From positions 9,860,001 through 9,924,000 of the forward strand of contig CM075993.1 of assembly GCA_038087875.1 (NCBI GenBank): a stretch of 64,000 nt of DNA, given 5' to 3'. The notes under the pieces were generated by a model, which was not told the origin of the DNA, made no database searches, and worked only from the letters and a program-made list of their open reading frames with translations. The position numbers and the translations under genes are program-made. This stretch comes from Malacoraja senta. Lineage: Eukaryota. Of the stretch, positions 44,546-57,569 are shown one piece after another (positions within the stretch are counted from its first letter, which is position 1; the number at the start of each line of letters is the position of its first letter).

Positions 44546-45767
44546 TACATAGGCAATAAGTGCAGGAGTAGGCCATTCGGTCCATCGAGCCAGCACCGCC
44601 ATTCACTGTGATCATGGCTGATCATCCACAATCAGGGGAGTTCCTGCCATCTCCCCATATCCCTTGACTCCGCTATCTTTAAGAGCTCTATCTAACTCTC
44701 TTGAAAGCACCCAGAGAACCGGCCTCCACTGCCTTCCGAGGCCGATAATTCCACAGATTCACAACTCTCTGGGTGAAAACGTTTTTCATCTCAGTTCTAA
44801 ATGGCCCACCCCTTATTCTTAAACTGTGGTCCCTGGTTCTGGACTCCCCCAACATCGGGAACATGTTTCCTGCCTCTAGCTGTCCAATCCCTTAATAATT
44901 TTATGTTTCTATAAGATCCCCTCTCATCCTTCTAAATTCCAGTGAAAACATGCCTAGTCGCTCCATTCTTTCAGCATATGACAGTCCCGCCATCCCGGGA
45001 ATTAACCTTGTGAACCTACTCTGCACTCCCTCAATAGCAAGAATGTCCTCCCTCAATATAGGAGACCAAAACTGCATACAATACTCCAGGTGTGGTCTCA
45101 CCAGGGCCCTGTACAATTGCAGAAGGACCTCTTTGCTCTTATACTCAACTCCTCTCGTTATGAAGGCCAACATGCCATTAGGTTTCTTCACTGCCTGCTG
45201 TACCTGCATGCTTACTTTCAGTGACTGATGTACAAGGACACCCAGATTACATTGTACTTCCCCTTTTCCCAACTTGACATCTTTCCGATAATAATCTGCC
45301 TTCCTGTTCTTGCCTCCAAAGTGGATAACCTCACATTTATCCACATTACACTGCATCTGCCATGCATCTGCCCACTCACCCAACCTGTCCAAGGACATTC
45401 TGCATCCTCATAGCATCCTCTTCACAGTTCACACTGCCACCCAGCTTTGTGTCATCTGCAAATCTGCTAATGTTACTTTTAATTCCTTCATCTAAATCAT
45501 TAATGTATATTATAAGTAGCTGCGGTCCCAGCAACGAGCCTTGCGGTACCCCACTAGTCACTGCCTGCTAATCTGAAAGGGACCCGTTAATCCCTACTCT
45601 TTGTTTCCTGTCTGCCAACCAATTTTCTATCCATGTCAGTACCCTACCCCCAATACCATGTGCTCTAATTTGCCCCACTAATCTCCTGTGTGGGACCTTA
45701 TCAAAGGCTTTCTGAGAGTCTAGGTACACTACAACCACTAGCTCCCCCTTGTCCATTTTACTTGTTA
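44546..45767 (-). mobile_element. CR1 RT fragment nested in an older + strand CR1 3' end
   Basis: ORFs 44901..45756; the host CR1 resumes at 45768-46080. Confidence 0.9.
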
Positions 45768-46961
45768 TGTGGAGAGGATGTTTCCACTAGTGGGAGAGTC
45801 TAGGACTAGAGGTCATAGTCTCAGGATTAAAGGACTTTCTTTTAGGAAGGAGATGAGGAGAAATGTCTTTAGTCAGAAGGTGGTGAATCTGTGGAATTCT
45901 TTGCCCCAGGCTGTGGAGGCCAAGTTAGTGAATATTTTTAAGGCAGAGATAGATTCTTTGATTATTACCGGTGTCAGTGGTTATGGGAAAAAGGCAGGAG
46001 AATGAGGGAGAGATAGATCAGCGGCAGAGTAAATTGATGGGCCGAATGGCCTAATTCTACTCTTATTCCTTATGACCTATGGAAATTGGTCCTTCGGCCC
46101 ACAACTGGTAGGTTAACGGACCAGCGATCCCCGCACACACACTAGGGACTATACCAAGCCAATTAACCTACAAACCTGTACATCTTTGGAGTGTAGGAGG
46201 CAACCAAAGACCTCGGAGAAAACCCACGTGGTCACGGGGAGAAAGTACAAACTCCATACAGACAGCACCCGTAGTCAGGATTGAACCCGGGTCTCTGGCA
46301 CTGTGAGGTAGCAACTCTACCGCTGCGCCACCTTGCTGCCCACCGTCTCCAGCAACTTAGGTTTAGGTTTATTATTGTCACTGTGCGGTGAAAAGCACTG
46401 TTTTGCGTGCTAACCAAACAGACTTTATGTAATACTATACATAAAGTGTAGGAAGGAACTGCAGATGCTGGTTTACACCGAAGATAGACACAAAATGCTG
46501 GAGTAACTCAGCAGAACAGGCAGCATCTCTGGACAGAAGGAATGGGTCCTTCTTCAGACATAAATATATAGTATAGTATAAATATATATAGTATTTATTA
46601 ACAAATACAATCAAGCCAAACTCAAGTGCTGTACAATAGGGTAGAGCAAAGCAGGAGATGTTGAGTGCAGAATATAGCTCTCAGCATGGTAGTGCATCAG
46701 TTCTATAGACAAAGTCCAATATCTGCAATGGGGTAGAGGTGAATCGGACAGGATATAACTTATTGAAGGACAGCCAGAAGGCTGATAACAGAGGAGAGAA
46801 GCTGTTCCTGACTCTGGAGGTGCGCGCTTTCAACCTTCTGTACCTTCTGCTGGATGGGAATAGGGGAGAAGAAGGAATGGCCGGGGGAACAGACACCAGC
46901 CTGCTGACGATGGGGAACCACCTCAAGCCCATGGACCTCTCTATGACTGAAGCCCAAGACT

Positions 46962-47822
46962 GCAATGGGGATGCAGGGTGACTTGACAGGTATGGGGGGG
47001 TGGGCAGATGCATGGCAGGTGAAGGTTAATGCGGATAAATGTGAGGTTATCCACTTTGGTAACAAATACAGGAAGGCAGATTACTATCTAAATGGCGTCA
47101 AGTTGGGAAAAGGGAGTACAACGGGATCTGGGGTCCCTTGTACATCAGTCTATGAAAATAAGCATGCAGGTACAGCAGGCAGTGAAGAAAGCGAATGGCA
47201 TGTTGGCCTTTATAACAAGAGGAATCGAATATAGGAGCAAAGAGGTCCTTCTGCAGTTGTACAGAGCCCTAGTGAGACCACACCTGGAGTATTGTGTGCA
47301 GTTTTGGTCCCCTAATTTGAGGAAGGACATTCTTGCTATTGAGGGAGTGCAGTGTAGGTTTACAAGATTGATTCCAGGGATGGCGGGACTGTCATATGCT
47401 GAGAGAATGGAGCAGCTGGGCTTGTACACTCTGGAGTTTAGAAGGATGAGAGGGCATCTCATTGAAACATATAAGATTGTTAAGGGCTTGGACACGCTAG
47501 AGGCAGGAAACATGCTTCCGATGTTGGGGGAGTCCAGAACCAGGGGCCACAGTTTAAGAATAAGGGGTAAGCCATTTAGAACGGAGACGAGGGAAACACT
47601 TTTTCTCACAGAGAGTGGTGAGTCTGTGGAATTCTCTACCTCAGGAGGCAGTGGAGGCAGGTTCTCTGAATGCTTTCAAGAGTGAGCTAGATAGGGCTTT
47701 TAAAAATAGCATTGGGGATATGGGGAGAAGGCAGGAACGGGGTACTGATTGGGGATGATCATATTGAATGGCGGTGCTGGCTCGAAGGGCTGAATGGCCT
47801 ACTCCTGCACCTATTGTCTATT
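46962..47822 (+). mobile_element. 5'-truncated CR1
   Basis: ORF 47092..47685; CTATTGT tail. Confidence 0.9.
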
Positions 47823-49029
47823 CACCTGGAAGAGTGGTGGGAGATTGGGAGTATGGGGAGGTGGGGGGAAGGGTGAAGGGGAGAGGGGGGAGGCGGGGCA
47901 AGAGCTAGCAGGCAACAGTGGATCCGGCAAAGGAGGGTTGATTCATGTGAGATGAGGGTGAAGGCTGGAAGGTGATAAGCGGAGGCAACAATGGGCTGCA
48001 GAATATGAAACTTGTGCTTCATTAAGGTGAAGAGAACTTGGAGTGAATTCAGCACTGGTGTGCAAACCCCAAATCACAGGTTCATTTTAAGAGGACAGTG
48101 ATATTATAATGCCTCTGATGATGGACCTTGGCTCCTCATAGACTCATAGTCATACAGTATATACATCTTTCCCATGCCGACCAAAATGCCCGACTAGAGT
48201 AGTCCCACCTTAGTTTAGTTTAGAGATACAGCGTGGAAATGGGCTCTTCAGCCCACTGAGTCCGTGGCCGACCAGCGAACCCCACACATTAACACAACCC
48301 TACACAAACTAGGGACAATTTACATTTACACCAAGGCACTAACCTGTAAACCTGTACGTCTTTGGAGTATGGACGGAATACGAAGATCTTAGAGAATACC
48401 CATGCAGGGAGAACGTACAAACTCCGTGCAACCAGCACCCATAGTCAGGATCGAACCCGGGTCTTTGGCACTGTAAGGCAGCAACTCCACCACTACGCCA
48501 CCGTGCTGTCCACCTGCCACGTTTGGATCATATCTCTCTATACTTTTCCTATCCATGTATCTGTACCTCCAGTTCAAATGTTCTTCAACAGAGCAGATCC
48601 TTGTCAGAGATCAAAATCAGAAATTTACAACACTGGATAGGCTCAGCGTGTCAGGAGATATCTGTGGAGACAGAACAGAGTCAATGTCTCAGATCAATGA
48701 GCTTCATTCCAATCTTACTTCAATGGCTCATCTGATTCTCTTTGCTTCACCGTGAAGGACCTGTTTTGAAATTACATCTTGCACTTGATTTGAAATGGTG
48801 GAAGTGGCATTTCATATTCATTGCAACATAAACAACCTTTCCCATAGCAAAGGACTCAACATGCTTCACATTGTACTGCAGGGGATGAGGGGTGATCTTA
48901 TACAGGAGCTATAACTCATGAGAGGAATAGATCAGGTAAACACAGTATTTTGCCTAGAGTGGGGGAATCGGGAACCAGAGCACATAGGTTTAAGGTGAGG
49001 GGAGAAAGATTAAATGGGAACGTGAGGGG

Positions 49030-52000
49030 TACTGGGGAGACTTTAAACTAGAATGGTTGGGGGTAGGGACTCAAATAGAGAATGCTATTAGACAGTGTGT
49101 GAGGCAGGAGGCAGAGAGAAGGAAAGCACTCGGACCCAACATGTAGGGGGGGAAGAAGAAAACAATAATAAACAGAGCATAAGAGGTGGTGGGGTTCTTA
49201 AATGGGTGAGCAGAGAAACAGAGGGGTGTAAAATACGGGCGGAAGCAATAGGTAGCAAGGTGAAAAGTAAAAGTGGCAGGCAGACAAATCCAGGGCAAAA
49301 ATCAAAAAGGGCCACTTTCCAACATAATTGTATAAGGGGTAAGAGCATTGTAAAAACAAGCCTGAAGGCTTTGTGTCTCAATGCAAGGAGCATTCGTAAT
49401 AAGGTGGATGAGTTGAACGTGCAGATAGCAATTAATGATTATGATATAGTTGGGATCACGGAGACATGGCTCCAGGGTGACCAAGGCTGGGAGCTGAACA
49501 TCCAGGGATATTCAATATTCAGGAGGGATAGAGAGAAAGGAAAAGGAGGTGGGGTAGCGTTGCTGGTTAGAGAGGAGATTAACGCAGTGGAAAGGAAGGA
49601 CATTAGCTTGGAGGATGTGGAATCGGTATGGGTAGAGCTGCGAAACACTAAGGGGCAGAAAACGCTGGTGGGTGTTGTGTACAGGCCACCTAGCAGTAGT
49701 AGTGAAGTTGGGGATGGCATCAAACAGGAAATTAGAAATGCGTGCAACAAAGGCAAAACAGTTATAATGGTGACTTCAATCTACATATAGATTGGGTGAA
49801 TCAAATTGGCAGGGGTGCTGAGGAAGAGGATTTCTTGGAATGTATGCGGGATAGTTATCTAAACCAACATGTAGAGGAACCAACGAGAGAGCAGGCTATT
49901 CTAGACTGGGTATTGAGTAATGAGGAAGGGTTAGTTAGCAGTCTTGTTGTGCGTGCCCCCTTGGGCAAGAGTGACCATAATATGGTTGAGTTCTTCATTA
50001 GGATGGAGAGTGACATAGTTAATTCAGAAACAACGGTTCTGAACTTAAAGAAAGGTAACTTTGAGGGTATGAGACATGAATTGGCCAAGATTGACTGGCA
50101 ATTAGTTCTAAAAGGGTTGACGGTGGATATGCAATGGAAGGCATTTAAAGACTGCATGGATGAACTACAAAAATTGTTCATCCCCAGTTTGGCAAAAGAA
50201 TAAATCAGGGAAGGTAGTGCATCCGTGGATAACAAGGGAAATTGAGCTCATCTCAAAAGTCAATTTTTAATTATGGTTTAATAATAGGAAAAAAATTAAT
50301 ATTGAAATTTTGGAAAAATACACCAATACCAACGCTCAAAATGTGGATTGCAAGTATGTTGGATACCGCACATCTTGAGGAAATGCGATTCCTCCTAATA
50401 GATAAATTTGACCAATTCATAACGAGTTGGTCTCCATTTGTCGTCTTTTTGGAAACGTATGGTGCAAAACAGGTGTAAAAGCTAATCCGTGACTGCGGAT
50501 GGTCAAGATTATAAATGATCTCCTTCTATTTTCTTTTCTTCTCTTCTTTTCATTTATTCTCTTTCTTCTATTTTCTATGTCTCAACTTTCTTATTTCATT
50601 CTTTATTTTTATTTTTCACACACTATATATCTCACATTTTTCTATTTTTCATTATCTAACTTTTTTCTTTTCTTCTTTATTTCAAAAAATTTTAAAAATA
50701 AGAAGCTGTACTTAAAAGGTATTATGAAAATATGATTGTATACAATTGTACTTACTTCTAATAAAATAAAAATATTTTTTAAAAAAATAACAAGGGAAAT
50801 CAGGGATAGTATCAAAGCAAAAGATGATGCGTACAAATTAGCCAGAAAAAGCAGCATACCAGAGGACTGGGAGAAATTCAGAGACCTGCAGAGGAGGACA
50901 AAGGGCTTAATTAGGAAAGGGAAAATAGATTATGAAAGGAAACTGGCAGGGAACAGAAAAACAGACTGCAAAAGTTTTTATAGATATGTGAAGAGAAAGA
51001 GATTCGTTAAAACAAATGTAGGTCCCTTCCAGTCAGAAACAGGTGAATTGATCATGGGGAACAAGGATATGGCGGACCAATTGAATAACTACTTTGGTTC
51101 CGTCTTCACTAAGGAAGACATAAATAATCTGCCGGAAATAGCAGGGGGCCGCGGGTCAAAGGAGATGGAGGAACTGAGTGAAATCCAGGTTAGTCGGGAA
51201 GTGGTGTTGGGTAAATTGAATGGATTAAAGGCCGATAAATCAACAGGGCCAGATAGGCTGCATCCCAGAGTACTTAAGGAAGTAGCTCCAGAAATAGTGG
51301 ATGCATTAGTGATAATTTTTCAAAACTCTTTAGATTCTGGAGTAGTTCCTGAGGATTGGAGGGTAGCAAACGTAACCCCACTTTTTAAGAAGGGAGGGAG
51401 AGAGAAAACGGGGAATTACAGACCAGTTAGTCTAACATCGGTAGTGGGGAAACTGCTAGAGTCAGTTATTAAAGATGGGATAGCAGCACATTTGGAAAGT
51501 GGTGAAATCATTGGACAAAGTCAGCATGGATTTACGAAAGGTAAATCATGTCTGACGAATCTTATAGAATGTTTCGAGGATGTAACTAGTAGAGTGGATA
51601 GGGGAGAACCAGTGGATGTGTTGTATCTGGACTTTCAGAAGGCTTTTGACAAGGTACCACATAAGAGATTAGTATACAAACTTAAAGCACACGGTATTGG
51701 GGGTTCAGTATTGATGTGGATAGAGAACTGGCTGGCAAACAGGAAGCAAAGAGTAGGAGTAAACGGGTCCTTTTCACAATGGCAGGCAGTGACTAGTGGG
51801 GTACCGCAAGGCTGAGTGCTGGGACCCCAGCTATTTACAATTTATATTAATGACCTGGATGAGGGAATTGAAGGCAACATCTCCAAGTTTGCGGATGACA
51901 CTAAGCTGGCGGGCAGTGTTAGCTGTGAGGAGGATGCTAGGAGACTGCAAGGTGACTTGGATAGGCTGGGTGAGTGGGCAAATGTTTGGCAGATGCAGTA

Positions 52001-52828
52001 TAATGTGGATAAATGTGAGGTTATCCACTTTGGTGGCAAAAACAGGAAAGCAGACTATTATCTAAATGGTGGCCGATTAGGAAATGGGGAGATGCAGCGA
52101 GACCTGGGTGTCATGGTACACCAGTCATTGAAAGTAGGCATGCAGGTGCAGCAGGCAGTGAAGAAAGCGAATGGTATGTTAGCTTTCATAGCAAAAGGAT
52201 TTGAGTATAGGAGCAGGGAGGTTCTACTGCAGTTGTACAGGGTCTTGGTGAGACCACACCTGGAGTATTGCGTACAGTTTTGGTCTCCAAATCTGAGGAA
52301 GGACATTATAGCCATAGAGGGAGTGCAGAGAAGGTTCACCAGACTAATTCCTGGTATGTCAGGACTTTCATATGAAGAAAGACTGGATAGACTTGGCTTA
52401 TACTCGCTAGAATTTAGGAGATTGAGAGGGGATCTTATAGAAACGTACAAAATTCTTATGGGGTTGGACAGGCTAGATGCAGGAAGATTGTTCCCGATGT
52501 TGGGGAAGTCCAGGACAAGGGGTCACAGCTTAAGGATAAGGGGGAAATCCTTTACGACCGAGATGAGGAAAATCTTTTTCACACAGAGAGTGGTGAATCT
52601 CTGGAACTCTCTGCCACAGAGGGTAGTTGAGGCCAGTTCATTGGCTATATTTAAGAGGGAGTTAGATGTGGCCCTTGTGGCTAAGGGGATCAGGGGGTAT
52701 GGAGAGAAGGCAGGTACGGGATACTGAGTTGGATGATCAGCCATGATCAAATTGAATGGCGGTGCAGGCTCGAAGGGCCGAATGGCCTACTCCTGCACCT
52801 ATTTTCTATGTATCTATGTATCTATGTA
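49030..52828 (+). mobile_element. Near full-length CR1 ORF2 (EN+RT), disabled by two frameshifts, an in-frame TGA (51813-51815) and an L1 insertion
   Basis: [39 protein letters not shown]; (TCTATGTA)n tail; inserted into an older CR1 3' end (48880-49030 and 52829-53000). Confidence 0.95.
50243..50786 (+). mobile_element. 5'-truncated L1 with T-rich 3' UTR, AATAAA and A tail
   Basis: 14-bp TSD ATAACAAGGGAAAT (50229-50242 / 50787-50800); peptide KKLILKFWK..PTLKMW...LE...F...WSPF typical of the L1 ORF2 C-terminus. Confidence 0.88.
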
Positions 52829-53483
52829 ACCTTTTTACACAAGGGGGTAGTCGGTGTATTGAACATGCTGCCGGAGGAGGCGAGGCAGGTATTATTGCAA
52901 CATTTAAGAAACATTTAGATAGGTACATGGATAGGATAGGTTTAATGGGATATGGGCCAAAAGCAGGCAGGGTCAATTAGTTTAGATGGGGCATGTTGGT
53001 CAGCACCAACCAGCGATCACCCCATACTCTTAATAGTATCCTACACACTAGGGACAATTTTCAAATTACAGAAGCCAATTAACCTAAAAACCTGCACGTC
53101 ATTGGAGTGTGGGAGGAAACTGGAGCACCCGGAGAAAACCCACATGGTCAAAGGGAAAACGTACAAACTCCACAGACAGCACCCATAGTCAGGGTCGAAC
53201 CCGGGTCTCTGGCGCTGAAGAGCAGCAACTCCACCGCTGCACCACCTTGCCGGTCTGAATGGAGGGCCAAGACATTTGGCTTCTGGAATGGAAGAGGGTC
53301 CAACTGGGGATCTGCCATCAAAGAAGATGTTAATGGCTCTTCCTCATTCTAAAGGCATGAATTCCATCAGTTTGGAGTCAAGTGGGCTCCTTGTCTGATG
53401 ATAATTGAGAATGTTCTAGAATCGCATGCAAAATCACCCGTTAGACTGCTCCATGACATCAGTGACTGGCTTCATCAAAGCAA

Positions 53484-53640
53484 AGGGGGGGGGAGAGAGA
53501 GAGAGAGCGAGAGAGAGAGCGAGAAGGGGAGAGGGAGAGGGAGAGGGAGAGGGAGAGGGAGAGGGAGAGGGAGAGAAAGAGATGGGGAGGGAGGGAACAA
53601 GAGGAAGGAGGGAGAGAGAGCGACAGAGAGAGAAGGAGAG
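53484..53640. repeat. Purine-rich low-complexity tract including (GAGGGA)n
   Basis: Direct inspection. Confidence 0.9.
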
Positions 53641-56600
53641 CACCATTGGCTATGTATTGCCATGTTTGTGATTAACTCCTAGACCCACACACTGAACATG
53701 TAGATTGCATTTCTTGTTCGAAGAATGAATTTCTTACTGGACTTAAATGTCAAGTGTAAGTGATAGTGCAGATGCCAAACTTAGGTGAATACTCCCATCA
53801 TAACTTGGTGCGGTGATGAGGTTTCAGGTTTCTTTTTGAAGTCTGTATGTACATAGTATGCTCTGAGATTGGGAGTGACTGTTCTTTGAAATCCTCCAGC
53901 AATCTGAGTTCCTTGCCTGTCAGTAAGTTCCTTTCAGGCTACTTTCGTGCTAAGAAAATTAGGTCATTTTAAAGCCCTGTCATTTTACAGGAACCCTGAA
54001 TATTTGAGTGCGTAATTTCTTTCCTTCCACTTGGCACGGATGTTAACATTAATAGTTAACTAGGAGTTTCATTATTAATGTAGACAGGGAGAGGTTATTT
54101 TTGTAGAAAATAATGTGCAATGCAGCTCGAAACCTGGAGTGAACCAGGATTTGGCTGACAGCGCAGTGTGTACTGCATTCTGTGTGCTTCCTACTGACAA
54201 CTAGTGACAACAGATGTCCAGTTCCACTAGTGCAGCTCTGCAAACCTGTGGGCCTTTTAGTTTAGAATAGATTACGTTGGAGATACAGAACGGAAACAGG
54301 CCATTCAGCCCACCGAGTGCACACCAACCAACGATCCCCATACACTAGGGACAATTTACAATCTTTACCGAAGCCAATTAAATCTACAAACCTCTAGGAG
54401 GAAACCGGAGCACCCGAGGAGAACCCACGTGGTCACAGGGAGAAGGTATAAACTCCGTACAGACAGCACCCGTAGTCTGGATCAAACCCTGGTCTGCAAG
54501 GCAGCAACTCTACCACTGCACAACTGTGCTGCCCTTTTCCATTGTAACTAACGCATTATTCCAACATACATCTGAATTATGGGCTGCTCAGCCCCTCAAA
54601 CCTATTCCAAGGTTGCGGTTGATCAGATTGTGACCTCCTACCTGCAGTGTTATTTGCTTAGAAGTTATCAATCTTTGCCTTAAAAACATGAAAATACTCT
54701 GCTTCCACTTTTCGACGAGAGATTTCCAAAGGTCCGTGACCAACCGAGATACGAAAATTGGCTTCCTCTCAGACTTAAATGGCCAATCTCTTTACTTTTC
54801 CATACCATGTGGGCTTCAGTTCTTGCTGCTAATCACGTCCAAGTAGTTCCGCACAGCGAGTGACGGGGTGCAGGTTCTCTTTTAATGAACAGATATATCA
54901 TACTTTTCACTTATCGATTACTGTCATCATGCGCGGGTTCCCTGGGCAATCGATGGTCAGCATGGACTTGGTGGGCCGAATGGCCTGTTTCCATGCTGTA
55001 TCTTTCAATAACGTGGTAGCACAGTGGCTGGTAGAGCGCCTCCCTCACAGCCTTAGACACTTGGATTTGATCCTGACGACGGTGCTGTCTGTGTGGAGTT
55101 TGCACCTTCTCCCTGTGACACGTGGGTTTCCTCCGTGTGCTCCGGTTTCCTTCCACGTCCCAAAGACGTGCACGCCTGTAGTTTAATTGACCTCTGTAAG
55201 TTGCCCCGAGTGTGTGGTGAATGGATGAGAAAGTGGGATAACTAGTGTGAACGGGCGACCCGTGGTCGGCGTGGACTCAGTGACCAAAGGACTTTGTTTC
55301 TATGCTGTATCTTTCCATCAATCATTCATTCATGGAGCCAGGGAAGCAGCACTGGTCAAATGGTGTGCAGCAGGGCTTGCTGGGGAAGGACCAAGCAGTC
55401 CTGGAACGGCCTTCTACGTCTGAGGATGAGTCGCTGATACAAAACATCGACTAGTTTCTCTTCCATTGATGCTACTTGACCGCTTGAATTCTTCCAGCAA
55501 TCTCTGGTTTTGATATTTTGGGGCATCAGACACACCTGGAGTGAGGTGGCAAATCAGTAGCACAGGATCACATCAGTGATAAACCACAATCTGCCCATAA
55601 TAGACAGAGCTCAACGATCCTGTAGCTAACAGGTCTGCAGTTGTGCCGTATTACGTTGCGGGTTATGGTGGGCAATAGTGCAGGAGGCGGGCTCCATAAA
55701 CATGTCTATAAACAGGGCCCCGTGTGTGAATGCAACCACAAGTGTTCAACCATAAGTGTCCACTGGGTGATTCATCCTGGCTTTCCCACCAGATCCCAAT
55801 CATCACAGAAGCTAGTGTTTAGTCAATTAGTATCAACCCATGTGATGGCAGGACAGGACAAGCTGAGAGCACGGGACATGGGAATGATAATGTCCCAGAT
55901 GGAGAGCTGAAGACCTGGGCTCCAGAACTAGTTGTGCCTCAGATAAAGCAGTTACAACGATGGCATCTAGCAGACAATGTGGAGTTAGACTTCAGAGATA
56001 CAGCATGGAAACAGGCCCTTCGGCCCACACCGACCAGTGATCACTATGCTACACACACTGGGGACAATTTACAATTTTAGCAAAGCCAATTAACCTACAA
56101 ACCTGCACGTCTTTGGAATGTGGGAAGAACCAGAGCACGTGGAGAAAACCCACGCGGTCATGGGGAGAATGTATAAACTCCATACAGACCGCACCTGCAG
56201 TCAGGATCGAACCCAGGTCTCTGGCGTGTATGGCAGCAACTCTAAAAGCTGGGAGAGGTGGAGGTGGAGGTGACCACTCTTGCCATCAATGGAGCATTTG
56301 ACTGAGTGTGATGTGAAGAAACTATTATCCCAATTATTCCAACTCCAGGCCAATATTGTAGATGATTCTCTGGTCAGTGTCCTGGGTCCAACCAACCTCA
56401 ACTACTTCAATAGGTAGACACAAAATGCTGGAGTAACTCAGCGGGACAGGCAGCATCTCTGGAGAGAAGGAATGGGAAACCCTTCTTCAGACTGATATTC
56501 CAGCCATCATAAGGTCAAAGATGGGGACCTTTCCCCTGAGATCTTATCCAATTTCCTTCTTAAAAGTCTGTCCAAGGAAATTTCTACCATCAGTGAGTTC

Positions 56601-57569
56601 CAGACCAGAACTTTTCTTTACGTGTAAAGGATTCTGCCCACAATTCCACTTTGTATTTTGCCCATCACTTTCAATCTTTGTACTTGGTCCTAATAAGATC
56701 AACTCGATTTTTTGCTCCATCTGGTCCTGTCGTAACATTGCTCATCTCTGGTGAAGCTCCACTCAACCATCTTTGCTCCAGGGGGATCTGTCATGTAACC
56801 TTGCAGTAGACATTCTTCATACTTAGAAATATTCCTCTGAATCTTTTCTGCAAAACTCAAACTGAGGCCAAACCAGTTATGGAAACATAGTGTGGAAACA
56901 GGTCTTTCGGCCCACCTGCCTACATTTGGCCCATATCTCTCTCAACCTTGTTCTCATAGAAATTCACCACAACCATCCTGCTTCTGTTCTCTATCGTTGA
57001 ATCCCAGGATTGGAAATGTTTCACTGACTGTGCTCTTAGCCCATCAGCAGGTACATGTTCCTAAATGTAGCCACAAGGAACTGCAGATGCTGGTTTACAA
57101 GAGGACTCAAAGTGCTGGAGTAACTCAGCAGCTCAGGCAGCATCTCTGGAGAACATGGATCGGTGACGTTTTATGTCAGGGCCCTTCTTCAGACTCAGCA
57201 GAGGCCCTACCTTTGTACCCCACAACTCAACGTGTTCTGATGTAGACCTCTTCTTCCGTCACCGCCACCTCCAGGTTTTCTATGGGAAGGAGTCCTTGCC
57301 TTGACCCCTTCTCCGGACTTCCCCTTCCCTTCCTCATGCACCCACCCTGCCAGCCTTCAACTCTCTCTAGAGCTTTTTATTTCCAACTCCCAGCAAGACA
57401 TCAACTCTTGACTTCTCTACTCCCCTTACTCACTCCGATCTCAACCCCTCTGAACGCAGTCATCTGTTCACTTAGGAGTCTGGAGAAGGGTCCCGAACCG
57501 AAACGTTGCCTATCATGTTCTCCAGAGATGCTGCCTGACCCGCTGAGTGACTCCAGCACTTTGTGTAAT

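Noticed and set aside
50736..52727. Active or domesticated reverse transcriptase gene
   Set aside because: Internal TGA, upstream frameshifts and an L1 insertion; ordinary CR1 copy.
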